In this document: piece by piece, positions 35,569-45,761 of the stretch | Layout of the letters: each line of letters opens with the position of its first letter | How positions within the stretch are numbered: the stretch's first letter is position 1 | DNA from: a virus | Length of the DNA: 64,000 nucleotides | IMG/VR virus record: IMGVR_UViG_3300044641_002513 | Location: 24,897 to 88,896 of that record | Strand: one strand, 5' to 3' | Notes under the pieces: generated by a model | Databases searched by the model: none | Seen by the model: only the letters and a program-made list of their open reading frames with translations | Told to the model about the DNA's origin: nothing | Position numbers and translations under genes: made by a program

Positions 35569-38121
35569 ATGAACAGAGGAATTAACAATCCAGGATTTAG
35601 AGCATTACCACAAAGTGTACAATCTAAAATTATTTCTAATATGAAATACGGAGGAAAAATCTATGCTGAAGGAGGTAACTTAGACCAACTAACAGAGTTT
35701 ACTGAAGGTGGTACTCACGAAGAAAATCCAATAGGAGGCATTCCTCAAGGCACAGCTCCTAACGGACAAATAAACTTAGTAGAACAAAATGAAACTAAAT
35801 TAAATAACCAAAATTATATATTTTCTAACCAATTAAAGGTTAACAGTAAAATTGTATCGCAGTTTAACTTACTTAAAAGTTTTATAGGTAAAACATTTGC
35901 TGAAGTTTCTAAGAAAATGGATAAACCAAATTCTAGAAGAGAAAACGATACAATTGAAATGGCTGACACAGAACGTAACTTAAATAAGTTAAAAGAAGCT
36001 CAAGAGTTTCATAAACAACAAGAAGTACAAAAAAAGATTGACGAAATTATGGCTTTAGACCCAAATGCTTTAGCTAGCATGATGGGACAAGGTCAACAAG
36101 GTCAGCCTTCTATGGAACCACCTATGGACCCTAGTATGATGGCTCCAACTTCTCCTGAACAAATGAGTCCAGAAGAAATGGCGATGATGGAGCAACAAGC
36201 TATGCAACAACAAGGTGCTGCTACTGGAGACGCTGCTATGATGCAACAAATGGGTATGATGCGTAACGGTGGAATGATGTATGCCAACGGTGGTAACATG
36301 ATGGCGAATGGAGGTTTTGATGATGAGCCTCAGTTTTCTTTCCAAGTTACTAATCCTTATGGTGTACCTACTGAACCTACACCTGAACAAAAGAAATACA
36401 TGAGTCCTGCTTCTGCAATAGACCCACGTTACGGTGCTCTTTCTCATTTTGAAACTAAAAAAGAAGCAAAAGAATCTTTATTAAGTGGCAGAAATAGTAC
36501 TTCAAGAGCTTATTATAATAATCCTTTAACTGGTGAAGTAGGAGAGTTAATAGGAGATAATGATTACTTTGCTACTACTGGTGATACAGACCTTTCTGAT
36601 GAGAGACCTACTAGAATAACTAAAGAAAATATTACAAATATTTATCCTCAACCTGGAGACAATGGAGAAATAGGTCCTTATTATACACAAAACCAAGCTA
36701 CTAATTTTCAATCTGCTGGTGCAGGAAGACCTTATGCTAATCAATTTGGCAAACCTTACGATTGGCAAAATTATCCTTATAGTGGTTATGCCTATGAAAA
36801 ACAGTATAGTAAAGACGCACCTAACAAGTTTTTTACTAATCCAAATAATGAAGCTTCTCTTATTAATTTAGAAATTGAAGATTATAAATCAGATACACCT
36901 TATTACGCAAGACCGAAAACAAATGAAAAAGATTTAGGAGGATTTATAAAAGACAACAAGCAAGGTATCTTAGGTGGCTTACAAGCTGCTGCTGGTATCG
37001 GTGCTATGTTTATTCCTGGTGCTCAAGGTTTAGGTACTAACTTAATTGGTGGAGGTATTGGAAATATCACTGGAGAAATTCAAGGAGATAAACAAGCTGA
37101 AATGCAAAAGAAAGCTATGAATCAACAACAGTTGTTAGCTAAACAGCAAGCAAATATGTTACCACAACAAGGATTAGACCCTTACGGAAACCCTATGGCT
37201 CCACAAGGAATGTATAGTCGTTACGGGGGTAAGATGTATAATGTAGGTGGTTATATGAATGGTGGTTATGTAAACAACCTTCCTGATGAAAACAATATGA
37301 TAGACCCTAGCGATATAGCTAGTACAGGTGGTTTTTTAGAAACTCGTCCTAATACTACTTTTGGCAAAGGAGGTAATATGTATGACGACGGAGGACTTTT
37401 AAAATTAAGACAACAAGCAGAACAAGCTGGCCAATGGAATTTTGATCCAGGAGCTCCTACATTAGCAGAAGAGGAGAAAAAAGGAAACTACGCTGACGTA
37501 GGAGATTTAAGTGATACTACTATGGATTTAAGCATTAATCAAAGTCCTTTAGATTTTGGATTACAGTTAGCTCCAATTGCTTGGAACTTAGCTAAAGGTT
37601 TACAAAAACCAATGGAGTTTAAAGGAGAAGATTTTTATACTAAGATAGACCCTGCTTATGTTGATTATACTAATGCAGAAAACATTGCAAAAGAAACAGG
37701 AGCAGGAGTAATGAAAGGCATTAAAAACACAGTGCCAGGTGGAGGTTCTTATGCTTCTTCTATGTTAGCTTCTCAACAAAACTTAAACAAAGCGTTATCT
37801 GAAATAGGCTCATTAGAAGAAAACACTAATAAGAAAATCAAGGGAGATGCTGATAAGTTAAATATTACTAGAAAAGATGCTGCTAATATGCAAGCTCTAC
37901 AAATGAACTTAGCTGCTCAACAAGCTAAAGAGTTGTTACTACAAGAAGCATTAACACAAGGTAAAGGTATGAGTGAGCAAGGAACTGCTAATGATTTAGC
38001 ACAGAAATATGCTGTAATGTCTGCACCTGATATTAGTAGATTTAAAAAAGTAGGATACAATCCTTACTACCAACAAATATTAGAAAGTATTAAAAATAGA
38101 AAAACAACACCAAAAATATAA
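35569..38121 (+). CDS. virion cargo/ejection protein
   Basis: GGTHEENPIGG...LVEQNET...YIFSN crAss cargo motif; M/Q-rich tracts; hydrophobic Gly-rich segment. Confidence 0.75.
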   Translation: MNRGINNPGFRALPQSVQSKIISNMKYGGKIYAEGGNLDQLTEFTEGGTHEENPIGGIPQGTAPNGQINLVEQNETKLNNQNYIFSNQLKVNSKIVSQFNLLKSFIGKTFAEVSKKMDKPNSRRENDTIEMADTERNLNKLKEAQEFHKQQEVQKKIDEIMALDPNALASMMGQGQQGQPSMEPPMDPSMMAPTSPEQMSPEEMAMMEQQAMQQQGAATGDAAMMQQMGMMRNGGMMYANGGNMMANGGFDDEPQFSFQVTNPYGVPTEPTPEQKKYMSPASAIDPRYGALSHFETKKEAKESLLSGRNSTSRAYYNNPLTGEVGELIGDNDYFATTGDTDLSDERPTRITKENITNIYPQPGDNGEIGPYYTQNQATNFQSAGAGRPYANQFGKPYDWQNYPYSGYAYEKQYSKDAPNKFFTNPNNEASLINLEIEDYKSDTPYYARPKTNEKDLGGFIKDNKQGILGGLQAAAGIGAMFIPGAQGLGTNLIGGGIGNITGEIQGDKQAEMQKKAMNQQQLLAKQQANMLPQQGLDPYGNPMAPQGMYSRYGGKMYNVGGYMNGGYVNNLPDENNMIDPSDIASTGGFLETRPNTTFGKGGNMYDDGGLLKLRQQAEQAGQWNFDPGAPTLAEEEKKGNYADVGDLSDTTMDLSINQSPLDFGLQLAPIAWNLAKGLQKPMEFKGEDFYTKIDPAYVDYTNAENIAKETGAGVMKGIKNTVPGGGSYASSMLASQQNLNKALSEIGSLEENTNKKIKGDADKLNITRKDAANMQALQMNLAAQQAKELLLQEALTQGKGMSEQGTANDLAQKYAVMSAPDISRFKKVGYNPYYQQILESIKNRKTTPKI

Positions 38122-38124
38122 CCG

Positions 38125-41112
38125 ATGCCAGTTAGTCCACTTTCTACGCCTTTAAAAACTGAATATAAACCTCTAGGTTTAGAAATGTTTGCACAGCCTC
38201 TTTCGGATATGCAAGCTAAGTACGATACTGCTAAAGCTGCTATCAACGACACTACTTATGAAATCAGTAGATTGTCCCAAGATGATGCAAGGGGAGCAGA
38301 ATTAATTAAAGAGTTAGATGAAAAAACTTCTAAGTTAGCTCAAGAACTAATTGCTACAGGAAACTATAGACAAGCTGCTGAACAGTTAAAAAAACTAAAC
38401 AAATCTTTTAGTCAAGACCCTGAAACTAAAGCTGTTATAAGTAACTATGAAGCTTATAAAAAAGCAGTAGAAGAACAAAAGAAACAATTAGAAAAAGGAA
38501 AGATATATCAAACAGATTTTGATACTTGGGATTTTATGGTTAGAAATCAGTTTAAAGGAACTGGTTTTGACCCTGCTACAGGTAATTACACTTCTATTAA
38601 CACTAGACCTCCTGAAGAAAATAGAGAGAAAGAAATAGAAGATTTGAGTTTAAAAGTAGCAGGAATGATGCCTGCTCAAGGTTATGAAACTTTACAAAAC
38701 TTAGGTGTTGAAGGAGTAGATAGAGCAATGTTAGAGCGAGTACATCAATATAGAGATTTAGGACAATCACAAAAAGAGATTTTTAATTTCTTATCTACTT
38801 CAGATAGATTTAGAGAATTTATTGATGATAGAGGAAAAAGAGATTTTTACTATAGCAATGAAAATGCTAAGATGCGTGGTAAAGGACAAGAGTTCCAAGA
38901 CGGTTTAGTAAATAGTGTAGTAGGAAACTTAGATAATAATATTAGAAACATTGCAGAAGCTAAAAAGAAGGACAAATCAAGAGCAAAAGAATACGATGTA
39001 ATTTTAGACAACTTAAATACACAAAAAAATAATATTATAACTGGGTACAACCAAGCTAAGCAATTAGGCACAACTGATGGGTTTGCTGAAAAGTTATTTA
39101 TAGAAGATAAAAGAAAACACTTTGATAGAATATCCTTAGCTGCTGCTGATGTAGTAGATTTTAAAAATGATTCTATAAATTTAAGTTATCAAGCTGATGC
39201 AGGATTAACAGCTAAACGTGACGGAGCTAAAAAGAAATTTGAAGAAATAGGAGATATTACTACTAATATAACAAGTGCTGACCCTAACTTTAAAATATTT
39301 ACAGGAGGTAGTACATTTACTCAATCTGAGAATAAAAATGCTAAAGTATTAGCTAAGACTGGTGGAGATATAATGAAAGCTATTTGGGAAACAGAAAAAG
39401 AGATTATACCTGAAAAAATGCAACAACTTGTTGGCAATAATAATTTAGCTCAGGTTAGTAAAAATTTAGCTACTACTAAAGTATTAGGAATATTTCAAAA
39501 AGAATACACCGATGTTATAACTAAAACTGATAATCAGATTGCAGATTTAAGTAATAAGATGGCTTCTGCTTCTAATCAAGCAGAAAGAGATATGTACAAA
39601 GCAGAAGGAGACGTTTTAGCTGAACAAAATTTAGAGGCAAGAAGAGCTTTAGGTTATCAAGAAATACAAATACAAAATGCTGTAGAATCTCAAATAGCTA
39701 AAACTAATGACCCTAAGATAAAACAGTTATATGAACAATACCAAGGCAATCCTATTGGGTTCATACAAGCTTTAAACAAAGCAGACAAAGAAGCAGTAGA
39801 AAAAACAAATGTTTTTTACGAAGAACAAAATAAAAAAAATAGATTACAAGCAGAAGCAATAGTAAATAAATGGGAAGATGAAAATAGAGGAGATTTAGCA
39901 TTGTTAAGTTACGATAGAGAAGATTTAATAAAAAAAGAAATTGCAAAATTAGAAAGTTCTTCTAGCATTGCTACTAGTGCCATAGCTCCTATATTAGCAG
40001 CAACTAACTCTGAAGAATCTAAATTACTTACAAATATTACTAATGCTTACAGACAAGGTATAGCTTTTAAAGATGGTTATATGGTTACACCTTTAGAAAC
40101 TGTAGTAAACAAATCTTCTATTGCGTTTAGTAAACAAGGTTTAGAACTAGCTAACAAATGGGTATTAGAAAACAGTACAGGTAAAGACCCTGCTAAAAAA
40201 GTAGAAACGTTTAATCCAATTACAGGAACAACTAAAATAGCTGGTAACTTTAGAGCTTACGATATAACTGGATACAAAACAGACCAACCACATTATGCAG
40301 GAATAGACCAAAATGGTAATGTTATTTTAAGATATACTATAAAAGATAATTTAGCTGGAGATAAAAGTAAAGTAGGTTCAGCTGTAGCTAGTCATATTAA
40401 AACAGGCAGACAAGGACAAGCTGACCCAAATAGTTTACCTGACAGTCAAATACCTATAACTCAAGCTGAAATTACAGCGTGGAAAAATGATAACCCTGAT
40501 GATTTATATGTAAGAGTTGAAGGCACTAACATAGGCTCACAGATTACTAACAATATAAAAGAAAGTTACGAAGAGTTAATGACGGCTGCTGAACTTGTTC
40601 CAGGAAACGAAGGAAAAGAAATGATGTTAAAAACTATTAACAATTTTGCTCCTATGTATCTAGTTAGCGATAACTCAAGAAGAGAAGCTTATACTAGATA
40701 TGCTGCAACTTTACAGGATGCTGTAGATAATAATAAATCTATATCACTACCGCCAGAAGGACCCGCTAGTTGGAAAGACAACGGTAACGGAACTTATACA
40801 GGACACATACTACAATACAGTGTTGAAAAAGGAGAAATAAAAGTAGTTCCTTACGAAATTACTAGAGATAGTAAAGGTAATGAAAGTGAGCCTAAAATGA
40901 TACCAGGTGCTGCATCAACTTTAAACTATTCAGGACAAAACTTACCAGTTGCTTTATTAAAAATGAATTTAATATACGGTACAGGTAGAGAAGAAGATTT
41001 AGTAGTAGTAAAACAAGGAACCGATAATGTTCCTTTTGTTCCTGCTTTTACTCAAACTTTTAAAGGCATTCCTACAAATAGTGCGTTTGCACCAGGAACA
41101 GTTATCAGATAA
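38125..41112 (+). CDS. virion cargo protein, coiled-coil rich
   Basis: 995 aa with an N-terminal YKPL...QAKYD pattern, in the position of the second crAss cargo gene. Confidence 0.7.
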   Translation: MPVSPLSTPLKTEYKPLGLEMFAQPLSDMQAKYDTAKAAINDTTYEISRLSQDDARGAELIKELDEKTSKLAQELIATGNYRQAAEQLKKLNKSFSQDPETKAVISNYEAYKKAVEEQKKQLEKGKIYQTDFDTWDFMVRNQFKGTGFDPATGNYTSINTRPPEENREKEIEDLSLKVAGMMPAQGYETLQNLGVEGVDRAMLERVHQYRDLGQSQKEIFNFLSTSDRFREFIDDRGKRDFYYSNENAKMRGKGQEFQDGLVNSVVGNLDNNIRNIAEAKKKDKSRAKEYDVILDNLNTQKNNIITGYNQAKQLGTTDGFAEKLFIEDKRKHFDRISLAAADVVDFKNDSINLSYQADAGLTAKRDGAKKKFEEIGDITTNITSADPNFKIFTGGSTFTQSENKNAKVLAKTGGDIMKAIWETEKEIIPEKMQQLVGNNNLAQVSKNLATTKVLGIFQKEYTDVITKTDNQIADLSNKMASASNQAERDMYKAEGDVLAEQNLEARRALGYQEIQIQNAVESQIAKTNDPKIKQLYEQYQGNPIGFIQALNKADKEAVEKTNVFYEEQNKKNRLQAEAIVNKWEDENRGDLALLSYDREDLIKKEIAKLESSSSIATSAIAPILAATNSEESKLLTNITNAYRQGIAFKDGYMVTPLETVVNKSSIAFSKQGLELANKWVLENSTGKDPAKKVETFNPITGTTKIAGNFRAYDITGYKTDQPHYAGIDQNGNVILRYTIKDNLAGDKSKVGSAVASHIKTGRQGQADPNSLPDSQIPITQAEITAWKNDNPDDLYVRVEGTNIGSQITNNIKESYEELMTAAELVPGNEGKEMMLKTINNFAPMYLVSDNSRREAYTRYAATLQDAVDNNKSISLPPEGPASWKDNGNGTYTGHILQYSVEKGEIKVVPYEITRDSKGNESEPKMIPGAASTLNYSGQNLPVALLKMNLIYGTGREEDLVVVKQGTDNVPFVPAFTQTFKGIPTNSAFAPGTVIR

Positions 41113-41140
41113 TGCTTACCTTTATTTAAAATTTTAAATT

Positions 41141-44100
41141 ATGCCAGAAGAAGACAAACCTGTAAAACCCAAAGGAGTAAAAGGCGTTTCTACTGTTGGA
41201 GGACCTTCTATAACAATTCCTGATTATCAGCCGTATTACGAATACTTAAAGCCTACTACGGATAAAGAGAAATTCTTAGCAGGAACTACTGGTAGTATAA
41301 CGTCTGGCATGACTGATGCTACTATTAAAACTACTGGTTTAGTAGATGCTAGATTAGCTAGTTTATATACTCCTATAAACTTAGCTAAAGCTATTCCTGA
41401 CCAATTTGAAAGAGAAAAATACATAGCAGAGCACGGGTCTAAAATGGTGCAACTATTAGACCCTAATAAATATGGTATTAAGTTTAACAATGATGCATTA
41501 GATTACAGCATATTTAAAGCTAAGAACTACGATATACAATTAAAAAAGTTCTTAGATGATTTAGATGAGAACCAAGGATTTTTAGCAGCATTAGGTAACA
41601 CAGGTGCTAAGTTAGTAGGTAAAACTGCTACAGCTGTAGGAGGATTAATACCTTTAACTTACGGTGTTGGTGCTGCTTTATTTAGTTGGGATTCTAAAAA
41701 ACTATTTGACAATACATTATTTGATGCTTGGGAATCAGCTGACCACTACTTAGATAGAAAGTTTGCCGTATACGGAGGAGCTGACTATTCAAAAGGAGAT
41801 AAATCTTTCTTTGGAAGATTTGCTGACAACCCAATGAAAAGTATCAATGCTGATATTATTCCAGCAGCTGCATTTGTTGCAGGAGCTGTCTTAACAGAAT
41901 TTGCAGCAGGTGCAATTACAGCTGCTACAGGTGGAGCCGCTGGAGGAGTGTTTGCAGCTAATACTGCTAGACTAGCAGCACAATCTGTTAATGTTTTTTC
42001 TAAAGGAGTTAGAATAGCTAGAGGACTAGATACTTTATCTGACTTTAACAATATGAGAAAAATAGTTGACCTAACTCAAAAGATAAGAACAGGTATAGGC
42101 ACAGCTACTACTATGGTTCGTACAGCTGGTTACGAGTCAAGTTTAATTGCTAGAGATACTCAAAAAAGAACAGAGCTACAAGGTAGACTAAACTATATAC
42201 AAAGCAATCCTGAGTTACACGAACAAGCAAAAGTATTAGCTGAACAAGGTTATACTGAAGATGAGATTAGCGAAAGATTATCCGAAAAAATTGACCCATC
42301 TGTATTATCAAGAATAGATTATGCTGCTGAACAAGCAGGTGAATTAGCCTGGTTTTCTAACGTGCCACTAGTAGGGTTTTCTAATATTATTCAGTTTGGT
42401 AAAAGTTTAAACTTTAGTTACCGTTTAGGGAACTCTTTAAGCAAAGCTTCTAGAATTAATCCATTAAGAGGAACAGTTATCAATGAAGCTGGAGAAATGG
42501 TTTCTAAAGCATCTGTTGCTACTAGAGGACAAAAAGTATTAGGCTACGGAATGACTGCGGCTAAAGGAGGTTTAACAGAATCTTTTGAAGAGTTTTCTCA
42601 AGGAGCAATGGAACAAGGTTACTCTGATTTCTACGCTTCTCAGTTTAAATCTTCTAACATAAACAATACTGTAAGCTTTATAGACTCAATGACTAAAGCT
42701 ACTAGAAACTATTGGAACTCTACAGAAGGTAAAGACTCAATGACTATCGGTGCTTTAATGGGTATGTTAGGTATTCCTTTACCTATTTCTATTGACGCAC
42801 AGACTGGTAAAGGTAAACTAGGAATGCAGTGGTACGGAGGAGTTTACGGAGAATTTAAAGACCTTAAAAAAGATATAGCAAGAGATAAAGAAATAGCAGA
42901 CTTAAGAAATAAAAATAGTATTAATCCTGTCTTAAAAAACAATTTTGAAAATGCCATTAAGAATATGGACATTCAAGATGATATGGATGAAGCTATCAAA
43001 AAGCAAGACGTATTTACTTTCAAGAACAAAGAGTTTGAACAATACCATACTTTTGTTAATACTAGACATAAAAACGGTGTATCTGATACTATCTATCAAG
43101 ACTTAGATGCATTAGACCAAATGGACTTAAAAACTTTTAATGACCAATACGCATTTAAAGGATTTGAGTTTACAGCTGAAACTAAAAAAGAAGCTATTGA
43201 GAAAACTAGAAAACAAACTAAAGATATTTTAGCTTCTCACAAAGAAGTAGAAACTTTATTTAATGATTCTAGACTAGCTGTTGACAGATTGTTTAACAAG
43301 AAGTATAGAGATGCTGACGGTAAACTAATGTTTGCTCTTAAAAAAGCTAATGGAGATATAATAGATACACAGACTGCTTATGAGTTTATGGACGTACTCC
43401 AAAACGAATTAGTTTATCTACATAGTACTAACAAAAACTTAAATAAAAGAGAAAAAGAATTAAAAGAACAAATAGGTAATTTAACTGGTAACAGTTTTAA
43501 TACTTCTCTTTCTAATAAAATAGTAGCTAAAACAGCAGGTGTATCAGAGAAAGACTCAGATATATCTATTGAGTATGCTACAACTGCTAGAGAAATGTAC
43601 AAAGCTCAGTTAGCTGAGTTAAAAGAAAGTGATCCTATACTTTACGATTTAGTAGAAGCTCAGTTAAAACCCTTAGTACAAGATTTAATTAAGCTTAACA
43701 ATAACAAAGCTAAAAACGCTTCTCTTTACAATACATTGTTTACTGAAAAAGGAGCTAGAGATTTTATTAATCTACATGCTGAGTACACTGCTAAAAAAGG
43801 CGAAATAATTAAAGAAGCTATTCTTAAGAAACGAGAAGAAGAAACTGCAAAAGCAAGAACTTCTGAAACTGTAAAAAAGGCTAGCGTAGACGAACAAGCT
43901 CTTAACGGCACTAATACCATTGCTTCCAACAAAGCTAAAGCTGAAATGGATGCAATGAATGAAGCTCTTTCTAACATAGCTGCTGAAGAATCAAGTGGTA
44001 GTACGGGAGACCTTTCAGAATTAATTAATTCAGTTAGTGGAGATGTTATTGTTGAACAACTTCAAAAATCACCTGCACTTTTTATACAGGTACTAGAATA

Positions 44101-45265
44101 CTTAGAAAAACAAGGAACTCCTTTAATAGGCATTAGCAACATTGATCAACTATCTGAGACAATGGCTGCTGACCCTTCTATCATAGGAACACTAAGCAAT
44201 GCTTTAATGGCTCTTAGAGAACAGTATAACAAAGCTACTGTAGTTCCTCCTGTTACACTAGAGTACGCTGATACTACTGACGAGAATGATGTAACTCCTT
44301 CTAACAATGCTTCTTTAGCTGACCTTTACAAAGGTAAACTAGAAGAACTAAATGCATTAAGTATATTCCAATCAGGTTCTAACGTTAGTGAGCAAGCTAT
44401 TATTCCTGTAACTCACGATAAGAAAATTACTAACGGTGAAGTAGAAAGAGACGAAGCAAATGGTAAGTTTAAACCTTGGTACTTTGTTAGTCAAGGACAA
44501 GTACTTACTTCAGACCAACCTGTTGATGCAGCGTTACTTAACTCTCCTGAGTTCCTAAACAATGAGGAGTTAGGTTCTAAAGTTGTTAATGCTACTTTTA
44601 AAATTGCGGACAACGACTACAACAAAACAGATAGAGCTGCTGAAGATATTGCTATTGACATTTATCACAACGATGTATTTATAGGAAGATTACCTGCTTT
44701 TAAAGAAGGTATGGCTAGTCATCTATTAGCTTTACGTCAAGCTGTTGTAGCTCAAGAAACAGTTGCTCCTATAACTACTAATCAAATGTCTGTTGGTAGA
44801 CAATTATCTACAACTGCTGTTCAAAAATTAAATAAATTAGGTTTTACAAATGATGTAATTACTTCTATGTCTGATAAAGATGTAGAAACAGCTAAAACAT
44901 TTTCTTCAAAAGAAGATGCTAAAGAAATGCTTGATAAGTATGTTAAACCTGCTGTAAATACTAATCAACAAGAAGTAGAGGTATTAAGAGCTAAGGAGCA
45001 AGAAGAAATAAAAGCTAAGTTTCCTGATGCTGAATATAAAGCTGATGGTAAGATTGATGTAACTAAGTTGTCTGCTAAAGATAAAAAAGTTTATAAAGAT
45101 ATTTATAAAAGATATGATGCATTAATTACACCTCGATTAGAACAAGCTAAAAAAGATGCTAAAGAAATAGTAGATAAAAACTTTGAAGACATTGCTATAC
45201 AGCTTGCCAATAGTAAAGATGAAAGATTCTTTAATGAGAATAATGAATTTAAAAAATGTAAATAA
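41141..45265 (+). CDS. giant cargo protein 1 of the virion RNAP cluster, with TM segments
   Basis: 1374 aa; Ala/Gly hydrophobic stretches, ESFEEFSQ motif, coiled coils. Confidence 0.75.
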   Translation: MPEEDKPVKPKGVKGVSTVGGPSITIPDYQPYYEYLKPTTDKEKFLAGTTGSITSGMTDATIKTTGLVDARLASLYTPINLAKAIPDQFEREKYIAEHGSKMVQLLDPNKYGIKFNNDALDYSIFKAKNYDIQLKKFLDDLDENQGFLAALGNTGAKLVGKTATAVGGLIPLTYGVGAALFSWDSKKLFDNTLFDAWESADHYLDRKFAVYGGADYSKGDKSFFGRFADNPMKSINADIIPAAAFVAGAVLTEFAAGAITAATGGAAGGVFAANTARLAAQSVNVFSKGVRIARGLDTLSDFNNMRKIVDLTQKIRTGIGTATTMVRTAGYESSLIARDTQKRTELQGRLNYIQSNPELHEQAKVLAEQGYTEDEISERLSEKIDPSVLSRIDYAAEQAGELAWFSNVPLVGFSNIIQFGKSLNFSYRLGNSLSKASRINPLRGTVINEAGEMVSKASVATRGQKVLGYGMTAAKGGLTESFEEFSQGAMEQGYSDFYASQFKSSNINNTVSFIDSMTKATRNYWNSTEGKDSMTIGALMGMLGIPLPISIDAQTGKGKLGMQWYGGVYGEFKDLKKDIARDKEIADLRNKNSINPVLKNNFENAIKNMDIQDDMDEAIKKQDVFTFKNKEFEQYHTFVNTRHKNGVSDTIYQDLDALDQMDLKTFNDQYAFKGFEFTAETKKEAIEKTRKQTKDILASHKEVETLFNDSRLAVDRLFNKKYRDADGKLMFALKKANGDIIDTQTAYEFMDVLQNELVYLHSTNKNLNKREKELKEQIGNLTGNSFNTSLSNKIVAKTAGVSEKDSDISIEYATTAREMYKAQLAELKESDPILYDLVEAQLKPLVQDLIKLNNNKAKNASLYNTLFTEKGARDFINLHAEYTAKKGEIIKEAILKKREEETAKARTSETVKKASVDEQALNGTNTIASNKAKAEMDAMNEALSNIAAEESSGSTGDLSELINSVSGDVIVEQLQKSPALFIQVLEYLEKQGTPLIGISNIDQLSETMAADPSIIGTLSNALMALREQYNKATVVPPVTLEYADTTDENDVTPSNNASLADLYKGKLEELNALSIFQSGSNVSEQAIIPVTHDKKITNGEVERDEANGKFKPWYFVSQGQVLTSDQPVDAALLNSPEFLNNEELGSKVVNATFKIADNDYNKTDRAAEDIAIDIYHNDVFIGRLPAFKEGMASHLLALRQAVVAQETVAPITTNQMSVGRQLSTTAVQKLNKLGFTNDVITSMSDKDVETAKTFSSKEDAKEMLDKYVKPAVNTNQQEVEVLRAKEQEEIKAKFPDAEYKADGKIDVTKLSAKDKKVYKDIYKRYDALITPRLEQAKKDAKEIVDKNFEDIAIQLANSKDERFFNENNEFKKCK

Positions 45266-45276
45266 ATAATAAAACA

Positions 45277-45750
45277 ATGGAAAAATTACTTACTGACCTA
45301 GAACAAAAAGAATTAAATAAGTTTGGTAAACTAGAATTAACAGCTTCTCAAGCTTACTTACATCTATCTAATAGAATGAAAATTTTCGGTTACTTTGGAG
45401 CTGAAAAGTTTTTTTTGAGTGAGTCTAACAGTGAAAGAAAGCACTACGTTAAAATTGCAAAGTTTGCTAATAATTTAGGGTGTGAGCTATCTGTAGAAGC
45501 ACTTATAGCAGTGCAGTGTGATTGTACAGATATAAAAAGTAGTTTAGAGATGGCTTACCAAATGGAAAAAGATTTGCTGATGGAATACGAAAAGTCTGCT
45601 AAAAACCCAGAACTTTCGTTAAAAGTTGTACTTTTGTTACAAGACTTTACCACACATCAGGTAAGAGCTGTAGGGGAGTATGGAGACTTACTTGCACGAT
45701 TAGCACTTACTGATAATATGTTATTGTTCGATCAAGAACTAGGTAATTAA
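45277..45750 (+). CDS. ferritin-like protein (non-heme FtnA type)
   Basis: ELTASQAY...FFLSESNSERKH...E...HQ...LFDQEL four-helix ferritin pattern. Confidence 0.85.
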   Translation: MEKLLTDLEQKELNKFGKLELTASQAYLHLSNRMKIFGYFGAEKFFLSESNSERKHYVKIAKFANNLGCELSVEALIAVQCDCTDIKSSLEMAYQMEKDLLMEYEKSAKNPELSLKVVLLLQDFTTHQVRAVGEYGDLLARLALTDNMLLFDQELGN

Positions 45751-45761
45751 AAAATTAGATT

